Positions 1 through 11,504 of a DNA stretch of 64,000 nt are shown one piece after another (the first letter of the stretch is position 1; every line of letters begins with the position of its first letter). Position numbers and translations under genes: made by a program. Under the pieces are notes generated by a model. The model made no database searches. It was not told the DNA's origin and worked only from the letters and a program-made list of their open reading frames with translations. The stretch spans positions 19,062 to 83,061 of the forward strand of contig CAWFFJ010000041.1 in assembly GCA_963814875.1 (NCBI GenBank), read 5' to 3'. Source of the DNA: an uncultured Acidobacteriota bacterium (lineage in GTDB: Bacteria; Acidobacteriota; Thermoanaerobaculia; Thermoanaerobaculales; Sulfomarinibacteraceae).

Positions 1-1568
1 TCCGCCACCAGGAGGGTCGCCATCACCCGCTTGCGGCTCTGCGAGCGCAGCACGCGATTGACCCGCTCGAGCAGCTCCTCGCCGGTGTAGCCTTCGGGGA
101 CGAGCGCGGCGACGGCGGACTTCAAGGACGCCATCAGTAGCCCGGTCGGCAGGCCGTGGCCCGCAACATCGCCGACCGCCACCAACATGCGGCCCTCGCC
201 GACCGGGAAGAAGTCGAAGGTGTCGCCGCCGACCTCGGCCGCCGGCCGCAGCAGCGCGGTCGCCTCGAACGCCCCGACCCGCATCTCACGTTCGGGCAGC
301 AACCCCTCCTGGATCTCGCGGGCGAGCTCGAGCTCGTGCGCGAGGTGCTCCTTGGCGGCGACCTCGACGAGCATCCGCTGGACGGAGCCCGCCATGCCGT
401 TGAAGGACGCGGCGAGGTCGCCGAGCTGGTCATGACGCTTGACCGGGATGCGCCAGTCGAGGTGGCCGCTGGCGACCTCGCGTGCGCCGCGACTGAGCCG
501 CGCCGTCGAGCGCGCGATCGAGACGATCATCAGCCCCGCGAGCAGCACCGCGATCGCGTAGACAGCGAAGAAGAACAGCCCGAGACCGAGCAGGACCGCC
601 TCGAGCGTGTCGGCGAGCTCGTAGCGCGAGAGCACGAAGTCGTCCCAGACGTTGCGCGGCGACGTGCGCAACAGAGACACCAGGCGGTCCGGCTTTGAGG
701 GCGTGCCGGAGGCGAGGTCGCGGACGTCGGCCGCCACCCGGGGCCAGATCACCAGCGGCCGGGCCATCAACGAGGCGTCATGGTCGCGCCACGGACCCCA
801 GATCTCGCTCGGCAGCCCGTGCGTGTCGCCCGCCTGCACCTCGAGCGCGCCGTGGGCGCCCGTAGTCAGGGCGAGAGTCTCGGGGCTGCCCGGCGCCACG
901 AACACGAGGTCGAACCACAGCGATCTACCGACCGCTTCGGCGGTCACGGCATCGAGCGGGATCAGTGCAGCGACCAGGTCGCCACCGGCTCCAGCGGCGG
1001 CGGCCATCGCGAAGGCCTTGTCGCCATTGCGGACGATACCGCCCCACTGTGCACCAGAGATCCACGCCGGCACCGGGAGCTCAGTCCCCGTGGGCCGGCG
1101 CAGCTCGCGCCCGCCGAGGCGGGCCAGCCAGACCACCCGCGGCAGCGGGTCCGGCGGGTGAGCGGCGGCATCATCGAGGGCGGCGACCGCCGCCGCCGAC
1201 CCGCGATCGTGGGAGAGTTCGACGATCCGGGCGCACTGGTCGCGCAGCGACCACCTCAGGTGCTGCATCTCGGAGCCGTAGCGGACCGACGTGTACTGGC
1301 CCATGGCCATGTACAACGCTGCCGCGCCGAACGCCCCGCAGAACAGGAACGGCGAGACCCCGAGCAGCAGGTATGACAGAACCAGGCGGGTCCCCACCCG
1401 GTAGGTGAGCCGGCGCCAGGCCGCGCGCAGGACCACGACCAACGTGACCAGGCTCCAGACCACGAGCGGGACAGGCGCCCAGTCGGCTCGGCCGCTCAGG
1501 ACCGCGGCGAGCACCACCGTGGCGGCACCCGCCGCCAGCCACAGCCACAGCGGGCGCCGGCGGCTCAC
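1..1568 (-). CDS. HAMP domain-containing PP2C/SpoIIE-family protein serine phosphatase (3' end runs off the window)
   Basis: Absent from the ORF track because it has no stop inside the window. My minus-strand translation from GTG at 1568 gives [23 protein letters not shown] (TM), a second TM followed by a HAMP-like segment ([29 protein letters not shown]), and a PP2C/SpoIIE core ([40 protein letters not shown]). The GTG overlaps the tdk stop as GTGA. Confidence 0.75.
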   Translation of the reverse strand, partial: MSRRRPLWLWLAAGAATVVLAAVLSGRADWAPVPLVVWSLVTLVVVLRAAWRRLTYRVGTRLVLSYLLLGVSPFLFCGAFGAAALYMAMGQYTSVRYGSEMQHLRWSLRDQCARIVELSHDRGSAAAVAALDDAAAHPPDPLPRVVWLARLGGRELRRPTGTELPVPAWISGAQWGGIVRNGDKAFAMAAAAGAGGDLVAALIPLDAVTAEAVGRSLWFDLVFVAPGSPETLALTTGAHGALEVQAGDTHGLPSEIWGPWRDHDASLMARPLVIWPRVAADVRDLASGTPSKPDRLVSLLRTSPRNVWDDFVLSRYELADTLEAVLLGLGLFFFAVYAIAVLLAGLMIVSIARSTARLSRGAREVASGHLDWRIPVKRHDQLGDLAASFNGMAGSVQRMLVEVAAKEHLAHELELAREIQEGLLPEREMRVGAFEATALLRPAAEVGGDTFDFFPVGEGRMLVAVGDVAGHGLPTGLLMASLKSAVAALVPEGYTGEELLERVNRVLRSQSRKRVMATLLVA

Positions 1569-2191
1569 GCCCCCTCGTCCGCCATCCGCTCCGGCGGCGG
1601 GGAGAACAGCCACTGCTCGGCCTCCACCGCCGCGCCGTTCGGCTCGTGGCAGCGGCGGCAGCGCGCCTCGTACACGCCGGAGGCGCCCACGACGACCTGC
1701 TCGTCGGAGGCGGTCAGCCGCTGGGTATAGCTCGCCGGTGCGCCGCAGCGGGAGCAGATCGCGGTGATCTTCTGGACCTCCTCGGCCAGCGCCAGGAGCT
1801 CGGGCATGGGCCCGAACGGCACTCCGCGAAAGTCCATGTCGAGACCGGCGACGATCACCCGCTTGCCGAGGTCGGCAATGTGGCGGCAGACCCTGCCGAG
1901 CTCGAGGTCGAAGAACTGCGCCTCGTCAATCCCGACCACCTCGGTCCGCGGGTCGAGGTGCGTGAGGATCTCGTTCGAGCTCTGTACCACCTGTGACGGG
2001 ATCCGCCAGTTGGAGTGCGACACGACCTCGGAGTCGGCGTAGCGGGTATCGAGCGCCGGCTTGAAGACCTGCAGCCGCTGACGTGCGATGGCCGCCCGCC
2101 GCAGGCGCCGGATCAGCTCCTCCGACTTGCCCGAGAACATGGGTCCGGCGACGACCTCGATCCAGCCCGATCCGGGACGCAGGCGATTCAT
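1565..2191 (-). CDS. tdk: thymidine kinase
   Basis: ORF 1565..2221. P-loop [11 protein letters not shown] and C-terminal zinc ribbon (CSRCGAP...CRRCH). Start placed at ATG 2191 ([23 protein letters not shown]), which overlaps the upstream stop as ATGA. Confidence 0.9.
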   Translation of the reverse strand: MNRLRPGSGWIEVVAGPMFSGKSEELIRRLRRAAIARQRLQVFKPALDTRYADSEVVSHSNWRIPSQVVQSSNEILTHLDPRTEVVGIDEAQFFDLELGRVCRHIADLGKRVIVAGLDMDFRGVPFGPMPELLALAEEVQKITAICSRCGAPASYTQRLTASDEQVVVGASGVYEARCRRCHEPNGAAVEAEQWLFSPPPERMADEGA

Positions 2192-2544
2192 GGCGACTCG
2201 CCGGCCTCGAGCTCCTGCCACGCGCGCACGGCACGCCGCAGGTGAGGGATGACGATCGACCCGCCGACCACCAGGCCCACACCCATCGCCTCCATCAGCT
2301 CGTCCTGGGAAACGCCCTCTTCGTGGCAGCGGTCGAGGTGGTAGAACACGCAGTCGTCGCAGCGCAGCACCAGCGAGGCAACGAGACCGAGCAGCTCCTT
2401 GGTGCGGGCGGGGAGCGCGCCGTCGCGATAGGTCTGGCTGTCGAGGCTGAAGAACCGCTTGATCTCAAGGCTGGCCTGAGCGAGCGTGAGCTCGGTGAGC
2501 TCACCGCGCTCGCGCTTGAACTCGTGCACCGAGCGATGGGCCAT
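2188..2544 (-). CDS. carboxymuconolactone decarboxylase (AhpD-like) family protein
   Basis: ORF 2188..2640. CMD/AhpD-like core with CxxC ([16 protein letters not shown]). Start placed at ATG 2544 (MAHRSVHEF), preceded by GGGAGGGGAG. Confidence 0.75.
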   Translation of the reverse strand: MAHRSVHEFKRERGELTELTLAQASLEIKRFFSLDSQTYRDGALPARTKELLGLVASLVLRCDDCVFYHLDRCHEEGVSQDELMEAMGVGLVVGGSIVIPHLRRAVRAWQELEAGESP

Positions 2545-2685
2545 GCTCCCCTCCCTGCGGGCTTTCCGGGCGGTCATTCTACACCGCGACCCCTGGACCG
2601 CTCGAGAGGTAGCGACCAGGGTCCGTGGGCGACCGTTCACGCCGCGGCCAGTCGGCGGCGAACCGTCCCAGCCGGCCGAGCCTGG

Positions 2686-4101
<1,416 letters not shown>

Positions 4102-4102
4102 G

Positions 4103-5383
4103 TCACAACCTCGCCATGAGCAGGCCGGGCTCGGACACCAACCGGACCAGGGCGGTCATGAAGCGCGCGGCGTCGGCGCCGTCGATCCAGCGGTGGTCGA
4201 AGGAGACGCTCAGGTACATCAGGTGACGGATCACGATCTGCCCGTCGACCACCGCGGGCCGCTCGGCGATCCGGTGCAGCCCGACGATGGCGAGCTCCGG
4301 CTGGTTGATGATCGGGGTCGCGAAGACCCCGCCGAGGGGACCGATGTTGGTCAGGGTGCAGGTGCCGCCCTTGAGCTCGTCGAGCTTGAGGGTTCGCGAT
4401 CGCGCCCGCTCGGCAAGGTCGGCGACCTCGGCCGCGAGCGTCACCATGTCCTTGCGGTCGGCGTCCTTGACCACCGGGACGATGAGCCCTTCCGGCGTAT
4501 CGACCGCGATGCCGATGTTGTAGGTCCGCTTGTAGACGATCTCCTCGCGCGCCTCGTCGATCGAGGCGTTGAAGATCGGGAAGTCCTTGAGCACTGTGAC
4601 CAGGGCCTTGATGAAGAACGGCAGGATCGAGAACCTGGCGCCGGTCTGGGCCTCGATCTCGGGCTTGACCGCGCGGTAGCGCGCCATCAGCTCGGTGACG
4701 TCGGCCTCGTCGACGTGGGTGACGTGGGCCGAGATCTGCTTCGACGCCCGCATCGCGCCTGCGATCACCTTGCGCAGGTGGGACAGCGGCACGCGCTCCT
4801 CGAGCGCTCCCGGGGCCGGCGCAGGGAGCGGTCGCGGCGTGGCGGGGGACGGCGCCGGGCGCGCTGCAGCCGACGACGGCGCGCCGCCGCCCTCGGCCGC
4901 CCGCTCGATGTCCTCGTCGGTGATCCGGCCGCCGTTCCCGGTGCCCCGTACGGCGGCGAGATCGACGCCGAGACGGCGGGCCATCGCCCGGGTCCGCGGG
5001 GTCGCCAGCGGCTTGCGGGACGGGAACGAAGCGACCGTTCCAGCGGAGTCCGGCTCGGCCGCAGACGGCGCCGGGGTCGCGACGGCCGACATCGCCGCCG
5101 CGCTCGTGGCGGGAGCGGGCGCGCCGGGCTTCCCCGCCGCCTCACCGGGCTCGCCCAGGGTCACCAGCGGGTCGCCGACGTGGATTGTCTCGTCCGCCGC
5201 CACGTGGAGAGTGAGCACGGTACCGGCGCGCGGGGAGGGAAGCTCCACCACCGCCTTGTCGGTCTCGATCTTGACCAGCGGCTGATCCTCAACCACGGTG
5301 TCGCCGCTTGCGACCAGCCACTCGACGAGGCGACCCTCGTGGATCCCCTCGCCGACGTCCGGAAACTGAAAGACGAACGCCAT
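4103..5383 (-). CDS. dihydrolipoamide acyltransferase (E2) of a 2-oxoacid dehydrogenase complex
   Basis: ORF 4103..5398. Lipoyl domain (VKIETDKAVVELPSP), Ala/Pro linker, E3-binding segment (PLATPRTRAMARRLGVDL) and catalytic domain (SFDHRWIDGADAARF). ATG 5383 preferred because GGGGGAG lies upstream. Confidence 0.9.
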   Translation of the reverse strand: MAFVFQFPDVGEGIHEGRLVEWLVASGDTVVEDQPLVKIETDKAVVELPSPRAGTVLTLHVAADETIHVGDPLVTLGEPGEAAGKPGAPAPATSAAAMSAVATPAPSAAEPDSAGTVASFPSRKPLATPRTRAMARRLGVDLAAVRGTGNGGRITDEDIERAAEGGGAPSSAAARPAPSPATPRPLPAPAPGALEERVPLSHLRKVIAGAMRASKQISAHVTHVDEADVTELMARYRAVKPEIEAQTGARFSILPFFIKALVTVLKDFPIFNASIDEAREEIVYKRTYNIGIAVDTPEGLIVPVVKDADRKDMVTLAAEVADLAERARSRTLKLDELKGGTCTLTNIGPLGGVFATPIINQPELAIVGLHRIAERPAVVDGQIVIRHLMYLSVSFDHRWIDGADAARFMTALVRLVSEPGLLMARL

Positions 5384-5422
5384 CACTCCCCCCGTCACGT
5401 CAGCTACCCGGCCGCGGCCGGG

Positions 5423-6427
5423 TCAGAACTCGAGCGTCGCGTGCACCGCACGCACGACGCGCGCGCGGCTCGGCAGGTAGAGGTGCTCCTGGCGGGCGAG
5501 CGGGAACACCGTGTCGAACCCGGTCACCCGCTGCACCGGGGCGCGAAGGTGGAGCAGCGCGTGCTCGCCGATGAGCGCCGCGATCTCCGCCCCGAAGCCG
5601 GCCGTGCGGGGCGCCTCATGGACCACGACCGCGCGCCCGGTCTTGATCACGCTGGCGATCAGCGTGTCACGGTCGAGCGGGTTCAGGGTGCGCAGGTCGA
5701 CGACCTCCGCCGAGACCTCCTCGCGGGTCAGCGCTTCGGCCGCGTCGAGGCACACCCGGACCATGGCCCCCCAGGCGATCAGGGTCACGTCGCTGCCCTC
5801 GCGGGCAACCGCGGCGCGTCCCAGCGGGACGGTGTAGGGGCCGTCCGGCACCTCGTCCCGGAAGGCGCGGTAGATCCGCTTCGGCTCCATGAACAGGACC
5901 GGATCGGGATCCCGGATTGCGGCGATCAGGAGCCCCTTGGCGTCGTGTGGGTTGGACGGCACCACCACCTTGAAACCGGGGGTGCTCAGGAACAGCGCCT
6001 CGTAGCTCTCGGAGTGGTGCTCGGGGGGATGGATGCCGCCCCCGTAAGGCATGCGAACCACCATCGGCACGCTGAGCCGTCCGCGGGTGCGGTTGCGCAG
6101 CCGGGCGGCGTGGGCGAAGAGCTGGTTGATCGCCGGGTAGACGAAGCCCATGAACTGGATCTCGGCCACCGGCCGGAAGCCGGTCGCGGCAAGCCCGATC
6201 GAGGTCCCGATGATGGCGCTCTCCGCGAGCGGCGTGTCGATCACCCGATCGCGCCCAAACTCCTCGATGAGGCCCTCGGTGGCGCGGAACACGCCGCCGT
6301 CCACCCCGACGTCCTCGCCGAGCACGAGCACGGTCTGGTCCCGCGCCATCTCGTCGCGCAGGGCGTCGCGCACCGCCTGGGCGATGGTCAGCTTCTGGAC
6401 GCTGGGTGCCACGGCCGCCTCGCTCAT
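5423..6427 (-). CDS. 2-oxoacid dehydrogenase E1 component, beta subunit
   Basis: 334 aa. Transketolase-like pyrimidine-binding and C-terminal domains (LGEDVGVDGGVFRATEGL, IDTPLAESAIIG). ATGA overlap with the E1 alpha stop. Confidence 0.93.
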   Translation of the reverse strand: MSEAAVAPSVQKLTIAQAVRDALRDEMARDQTVLVLGEDVGVDGGVFRATEGLIEEFGRDRVIDTPLAESAIIGTSIGLAATGFRPVAEIQFMGFVYPAINQLFAHAARLRNRTRGRLSVPMVVRMPYGGGIHPPEHHSESYEALFLSTPGFKVVVPSNPHDAKGLLIAAIRDPDPVLFMEPKRIYRAFRDEVPDGPYTVPLGRAAVAREGSDVTLIAWGAMVRVCLDAAEALTREEVSAEVVDLRTLNPLDRDTLIASVIKTGRAVVVHEAPRTAGFGAEIAALIGEHALLHLRAPVQRVTGFDTVFPLARQEHLYLPSRARVVRAVHATLEF

Positions 6428-7497
6428 GACCGCACCTCGTCGATCAGGGCCTCCTGCTGCTCGCGGAGATTGGGCGGAAGCTCGGCGTACATGAACTCGA
6501 AGATCTCCCCGGGCTCAGCCGGCGTCAGCGCCTCGAAGGCCGCCACCTGCTCGTCGACCCAGCCGCGCGTCTCCTCCTGGAGCGCAGTCTCGCGGGCCTC
6601 GTCCCAGAGCTTCTCGGCTTCCAGCCACCGACGCAGGCGCACGATCGGGTCGCGCGCCTCCCACTCGGCGAGCTCCTCATTCGGCCGGTAGCGGGTGGCG
6701 TCGTCCGCGGTGGTGTGGTCGCCGAGGCGGTACGTCACTGCCTCGATCAGGGTCGGTCCGTCGCCGCGCCGAGCCCGCTCGAGGGCTTCGCGCGCCGCCG
6801 AGAAGACCGCGAAAACGTCGTTGCCGTCGACCTGGATCCCCGGCATGCCGTAGCCGTGCGCTTTCTGGGCCAGGCTCGCGGAGAGGGTCTGCTGGTGCAG
6901 CGGCATTGAGATCGCCCAGTGGTTGTTCTGAATCACGAACACCGTCCGCGCTCGGTAGACCGAGGCGCAGTTGAGGGCCTCGTGGAAGTCGCCCTCGGAG
7001 GTCGACCCGTCGCCGCCGAAGGTCACGGCGGCGGCCGCCTCGTTGCGCAGCTTGAGCGACAGCCCGACGCCGACGCCGTGCTGCCACTGGCTGCCCACCG
7101 GCACTGACACCGGGAAGCAGCGCACGCCTTCCGGGTAGCACGAGCCGCGCTCGTCGCCGGCCCAGTAGGCGTAGATCAGGTGCCCGGGAATGCCGCGCAG
7201 CAGCATCGAGCCGTGCTCGCGAAACGCCGGCACCAGCCAGTCGTCGTCGCCCATGGCCATCGCGACCCCGGCCTGGGTCGCCTCCTGGCCCTTGAGCGGC
7301 GGCCATGTGCCCATGCGTCCCTGGCGCTGGAGCTTCAACGCCTTGTCGTCGTAGGCGCGCATGCGCACCATGCTGCGGTAGAGCTCGAGCACCTGGCCGG
7401 GCTCGAGCGCGGGCATGAGATCGGCGTCCACCCGACCCTCGGCGTCGAGGATCGACAGACGTTCGGTGACTGCTTCGTAGATCCGCTCCCGAGGCAC
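6424..7497 (-). CDS. 2-oxoacid dehydrogenase E1 component, alpha subunit (TPP-dependent)
   Basis: 357 aa. TPP-binding region (FGGDGSTSEGDFHEALNCASV, VIQNNHWAIS). GTG start preceded by AAGGAGAAAGG. Confidence 0.93.
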   Translation of the reverse strand: MPRERIYEAVTERLSILDAEGRVDADLMPALEPGQVLELYRSMVRMRAYDDKALKLQRQGRMGTWPPLKGQEATQAGVAMAMGDDDWLVPAFREHGSMLLRGIPGHLIYAYWAGDERGSCYPEGVRCFPVSVPVGSQWQHGVGVGLSLKLRNEAAAAVTFGGDGSTSEGDFHEALNCASVYRARTVFVIQNNHWAISMPLHQQTLSASLAQKAHGYGMPGIQVDGNDVFAVFSAAREALERARRGDGPTLIEAVTYRLGDHTTADDATRYRPNEELAEWEARDPIVRLRRWLEAEKLWDEARETALQEETRGWVDEQVAAFEALTPAEPGEIFEFMYAELPPNLREQQEALIDEVRS

Positions 7498-7552
7498 ACC
7501 TTTCTCCTTTCGCGTTCCCGGTCCGCAATCCCCAACAGAGCCCTCCGGACGC

Positions 7553-8341
7553 TTATTTCGGTTGTTCGGAGAGAGTCGGAGGAGGTGGGACCGGCGCCCA
7601 TCGCGGCTCGGCCCAGGCTGCGAGCAAACGCCCGGGCACCAACGGGCGCGGGGTGGCGGCCGCGGCCATGGTGAGCGCCGCGGTCACCGAATCGGCGATC
7701 GTCTGAGCGACCTGCGCTGACTCTCCACCCGGCACGGCCGGTGCGAGGTGAGCGCGGACCCTGGCCTCGTCGACCCGGAACACCCGCGCGACCAGCGCCG
7801 CATCGAGGCCGAGCAGCACCGCGGCATGGATCAGCACCGCGTGGGCGCGCCGCGACTGGGCGCAGCCCACCGCCTTGCGTCCGTCCGCGGTCACCAACGT
7901 GTCCGCGAGCTGGTCCTCGAAGCAGATCGGCGAGCGCACGCGGGTGGCGTGCCGGGGCGCCACGAGTCGCTCGAGCCGACCCCCGGCGGCGGTGAGGCCC
8001 GGAAGCAGCGCATCGACGAAGTGGTCATAGAGTGCGACGATGCCCTTCGCCCACGGGTGCTCGATGGGCAGTGCGAGGGCGACACCGAGATCTCCCGCGT
8101 GGACCACGCCGGTGCCGCCGGTGAGCCGCCGCAGTACCGGAACGCCCCGGTCGCGGCACCAGTCGAGGTCGACGTCGCCCGCATCCTGGGAGTAGCCGAG
8201 CACAACGACCGGCCCCGGCCAGGAGGCGAACGCGAGTGCCGCGCGGCCTTGGGCCGCCCGCTCGAGCAGCAGCGCCTCGAAGGCAAGATCGCCGACCGGT
8301 CCGCCAGCGGCGGCCGTAAAGATCTCGAGCTGGGGCAACAC
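7553..8341 (-). CDS. lipoate-protein ligase / octanoyltransferase-like (BPL_LplA_LipB catalytic domain) protein
   Basis: ORF 7553..8545. Conserved part starts at LPQLEIF...VVVLGYSQD...VPVLRRLTGGTGVVH...GRKAVGCAQSRR. Start placed at GTG 8341, after GGAGGGA; the upstream Arg-rich extension looks non-coding. Confidence 0.7.
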   Translation of the reverse strand: MLPQLEIFTAAAGGPVGDLAFEALLLERAAQGRAALAFASWPGPVVVLGYSQDAGDVDLDWCRDRGVPVLRRLTGGTGVVHAGDLGVALALPIEHPWAKGIVALYDHFVDALLPGLTAAGGRLERLVAPRHATRVRSPICFEDQLADTLVTADGRKAVGCAQSRRAHAVLIHAAVLLGLDAALVARVFRVDEARVRAHLAPAVPGGESAQVAQTIADSVTAALTMAAAATPRPLVPGRLLAAWAEPRWAPVPPPPTLSEQPK

Positions 8342-8441
8342 CGTCCCTCCCTGCTGATCCGTGTCGCTGCAGGATAACGCATCGTCCGCAACGTGCAGGT
8401 CGTGTAAAGTGTGCCGTCGGTATGGTCGAGTCGTCTTCTGA

Positions 8442-10301
8442 ATGGTCGCTGGGATGAACCCGTTGACACCACCCGGGCCGGGGCCCGCCGCCGAAGGCCG
8501 GCGGCGCGCCGTCAAGTGGGCGCTGGCCCTTCCGCTCCTCACCACCCCGGCGCTGACGGCCGCGATCGGTGCGGCCGCACGGCATCTCGCGCACCTACCC
8601 CACGGCCGCCTGCTGCCGCCGGGCGAGCTCGCTCTCCAGCTCGTCTTCGCCTACCTGCTGCTCGCCTTCGCGCGACGACTGCCACTGTTCGTCGCCACCC
8701 AGGCGACCCTGATCATGACGATCCACGCAGCGCAGGCGCTCAGGGTCACCTTCATGGCCGGACCGATCCGGCCCGACGACCTGTTCGCCCTACCCGAGCT
8801 GGTCCGGGTTCTCCACGGGACCTCGCTGATCGCGCTCGCCGCGCCGTTCGCAGTGCTCGCCGCGCTCATGCTCGCCAACCTCGGCTGGAGACCGCGCGCG
8901 GCGGCCCTCGCCGTCGTCGGTGGCGCCGCGCTGGCGGCGGTGATGCTGCTCCGCCCGACCTGGCTCGTGAGCCTGGCCGCGGGCGGTCGCACGGCCGTCC
9001 CCTGGAACCAGGGCGCCAACATGCTCGCCGAGGGACCGATCGGTTACCTGCTCGGCGAGGTCGCCCGCGACCGGGTCTCACGCCCGCCCCTCCCGACTCG
9101 GGCCGAGGTCGAGGCGGTCCTCGCCCAGGTCCCGAAACCGCCACGCTCGACGCAGCCGGTCGAGCCCCGCGACGTCGTGCTGATCCTGCTGGAGTCGTTC
9201 TGGGATGCCCGCCAGCTCACCGCGGCCGGGCTCAGCGGCGACCCGCTCGCGCCCGAGTTCCGCGCGCTGTGGGACGCCGCCGACGACAGCCACGCCATGA
9301 GCCCCGAGTTCGGCGGCGGCACCGCCAACCCCGAGCTCGAGATCCTGTGCGGTACGCCCACCCGGCTCATCTTCCCCGGCATCGCCTTCGCCACCAGCGT
9401 CCGCCACGCCATCCCCTGCCTGCCCGAGCTGCTCGTGGACGCGGGCTGGACCGCCGCCGCCTTCCACCCCAACGTGCCGGGCTTCTGGAACCGAGCCGTG
9501 GCCTACCCGAGGCTCGGCTTCCAGCGTTTCTACTCGCTGCGCGACTTCAAGCTCGATGACCGCAACGGCGAGTTCCTGTCCGACGCCTCGCTCTACCGCC
9601 AGGCGTGGGCAAAGTCGCATCCGCGGCCGGATGCCCCGCCCGAGCTCAGCTACGTGCTGACCTACACCGGCCACTGGAACTACCCGCTCAACCCCGCGCT
9701 GCGCCCGTACCTCATCACGTCGACGTCGTCGGTTCCAGAGGTCGCGCGCTACGCGAGCTCCACCTTGTACTCGTCGAGGGAGCTCACCGCGTTCATCGAC
9801 CGGGTGCTCGCCGACGACCCGAACGCGCTGATCGTCGCTCTCGGCGACCACCTGCCGGTGCTCGGCAAGCAGGTCGGCGCCTACAGCGAGTCGGGGTTGT
9901 TCACCGACTGGGTACCGGACTTCATGCCTCAGCAGCTGCGCACCCTGACCTCGGTCCCGCTGCTGATGGTCGACGGCCGCGACGGCCCGGTCAAGCTCGG
10001 CACCGTGAGCCAGTTCGAGCTCCCGAGCCTGATCCTCGAGCGCCTCGACCTGCCGGTCCCGCGCTGGATGGCGGCCATGCTGCCGCCCGACGGCTGGCAC
10101 ATCCGCACCGGAGCCGACGGCCTGCTCGTGCTGCCGGCCGGTGGCGACGCTGCCTTCTGCCACACCCGGGAAGAGGGTCCCGTGTGCGCCGAGGCCTTCC
10201 GCTGGCTGGACCGCGCCCGCGTCGTCGCCCGCGACCTGGTCCTCGGCAAGCGCTGGTCACTCGAGCCTGCGCCCGCGCCGCGCGCTACCATGGCGCCGTG
10301 A
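8442..10301 (+). CDS. LTA synthase-family / membrane-anchored sulfatase (alkaline-phosphatase superfamily) protein
   Basis: 619 aa. About five N-terminal TM helices, then a sulfatase-like domain (VVLILLESFWD...GGGTANPELEILCG...IVALGDHLP). Confidence 0.8.
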   Translation: MVAGMNPLTPPGPGPAAEGRRRAVKWALALPLLTTPALTAAIGAAARHLAHLPHGRLLPPGELALQLVFAYLLLAFARRLPLFVATQATLIMTIHAAQALRVTFMAGPIRPDDLFALPELVRVLHGTSLIALAAPFAVLAALMLANLGWRPRAAALAVVGGAALAAVMLLRPTWLVSLAAGGRTAVPWNQGANMLAEGPIGYLLGEVARDRVSRPPLPTRAEVEAVLAQVPKPPRSTQPVEPRDVVLILLESFWDARQLTAAGLSGDPLAPEFRALWDAADDSHAMSPEFGGGTANPELEILCGTPTRLIFPGIAFATSVRHAIPCLPELLVDAGWTAAAFHPNVPGFWNRAVAYPRLGFQRFYSLRDFKLDDRNGEFLSDASLYRQAWAKSHPRPDAPPELSYVLTYTGHWNYPLNPALRPYLITSTSSVPEVARYASSTLYSSRELTAFIDRVLADDPNALIVALGDHLPVLGKQVGAYSESGLFTDWVPDFMPQQLRTLTSVPLLMVDGRDGPVKLGTVSQFELPSLILERLDLPVPRWMAAMLPPDGWHIRTGADGLLVLPAGGDAAFCHTREEGPVCAEAFRWLDRARVVARDLVLGKRWSLEPAPAPRATMAP

Positions 10302-11284
10302 CCGTCTCCCTGGTCGTCGTCGGCTATCACTCGTCCGACGCCGTCGCCCGCATGCTTGGCAGCCGCGAGGGCGTCGACGAGGTCGTCGTGGTCGACCACT
10401 CCGAGGATCCGGAGGAGCGCGAGCGCCTCGAAGCGCTGCCGGTCGACCGCCTGATCTCCCAGCCCAACCTCGGCTACGCCGCCGGGCTCAACCGAGGCGC
10501 CCGCGAGGCCGACGGCGAGGTGCTGCTGCTCGCCAACCCCGACATCGTGCTGCTGCCGGGCTCGGTCGAAGCACTCGCGGACGCGGCGAGCACGCCCGGC
10601 GTCGGCGCAGTCGGACCGTCGCTGCTGTGGGACGAGGCCGGCGGCTGGCGGCTGCCCCAGGCGGCGACCACGACCTGGCGGGGAGAGCTCACCGCCCGGC
10701 TCGCCCCGCGGCGGGCCGCCCACGCCGAGCACCGCCGCCAGCTTGCCCTGTGGCGTGCGGCGCGGCCGACCTCAACTGCGGTCGTGAGCGGCACGCTGAT
10801 GGCCACCACCCGCGCGGTCTTCGCCGCCTCCGGCGGGCTTGACGAGCGCTTCTTCCTGTTCTTCGAGGAGAACGACTGGTGCCGGCGGTTGGGCCGCTCC
10901 GGGCTCGCCGTGCTGGTCGTGCCCGAGGCTCGGGTCGTGCACGCGGTCGGGCACGCGGTGGGCGCCGCCGAGGCCGAGCACTACCCGCGTTCCCACCGGC
11001 TCTACCGGCGGCTGCACTTCCCAGGCTGGTACCTGCAGCTCGCGCCCGAGCCCCTGGCCCCGACCATCCCGGCAGGACCAGCAGCCGCGTCGCGTCCCCC
11101 TACCGCGCCCTCGGAGCTGCTGCTGTCGCCTTCGCCGATGCTAGTCCCGGCGGTGCTCACCCGCTGGGAAGGCGGCGACTGGACCCGAGGCGCCCTGCTG
11201 CCCGCTCACGCTCGCTGGCCTGAGCTTCACGCCGCAACGGTCGAAGGCGACCGCGTGTACCCCCTCGGCCCGGTGACGGGCTGA
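10298..11284 (+). CDS. glycosyltransferase family 2
   Basis: In the frame of ORF 9605..11284. GT2 core VSLVVVGYHS...VVVVDHSEDPEE...NLGYAAGLNRG...LLLANPDIVL...FFEENDWCRR. GTG 10298 overlaps the upstream stop (GTGA). Confidence 0.85.
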   Translation: MTVSLVVVGYHSSDAVARMLGSREGVDEVVVVDHSEDPEERERLEALPVDRLISQPNLGYAAGLNRGAREADGEVLLLANPDIVLLPGSVEALADAASTPGVGAVGPSLLWDEAGGWRLPQAATTTWRGELTARLAPRRAAHAEHRRQLALWRAARPTSTAVVSGTLMATTRAVFAASGGLDERFFLFFEENDWCRRLGRSGLAVLVVPEARVVHAVGHAVGAAEAEHYPRSHRLYRRLHFPGWYLQLAPEPLAPTIPAGPAAASRPPTAPSELLLSPSPMLVPAVLTRWEGGDWTRGALLPAHARWPELHAATVEGDRVYPLGPVTG

Positions 11285-11463
11285 CGCCCCAGGGACAGGC
11301 ACCTGGCGAGGTACGGCGAAACACCAGGATTTTCAGCGCGGTCAGTGCCCGCAAGGCAGGCTCTGCACGTCCCTGACCCCCTCAGGCAGCACAACGCTCG
11401 ACTCGAACACTGGCGGAGACAAGCTCCGCCCCTACGGATGCTGGTATGTTCTCGCTTCGTTAC

Positions 11464-11491
11464 CGTCTTGCGTCTTGCTTCTCACGTCTTG
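11464..11491. repeat. heptamer tandem repeat (CGTCTTG-type, 4 units)
   Basis: CGTCTTG CGTCTTG CTTCTCA CGTCTTG, in the gap between convergent genes (stops at 11284 and 11505). Confidence 0.65.
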
Positions 11492-11504
11492 CGGTGAGCG
11501 AAGC

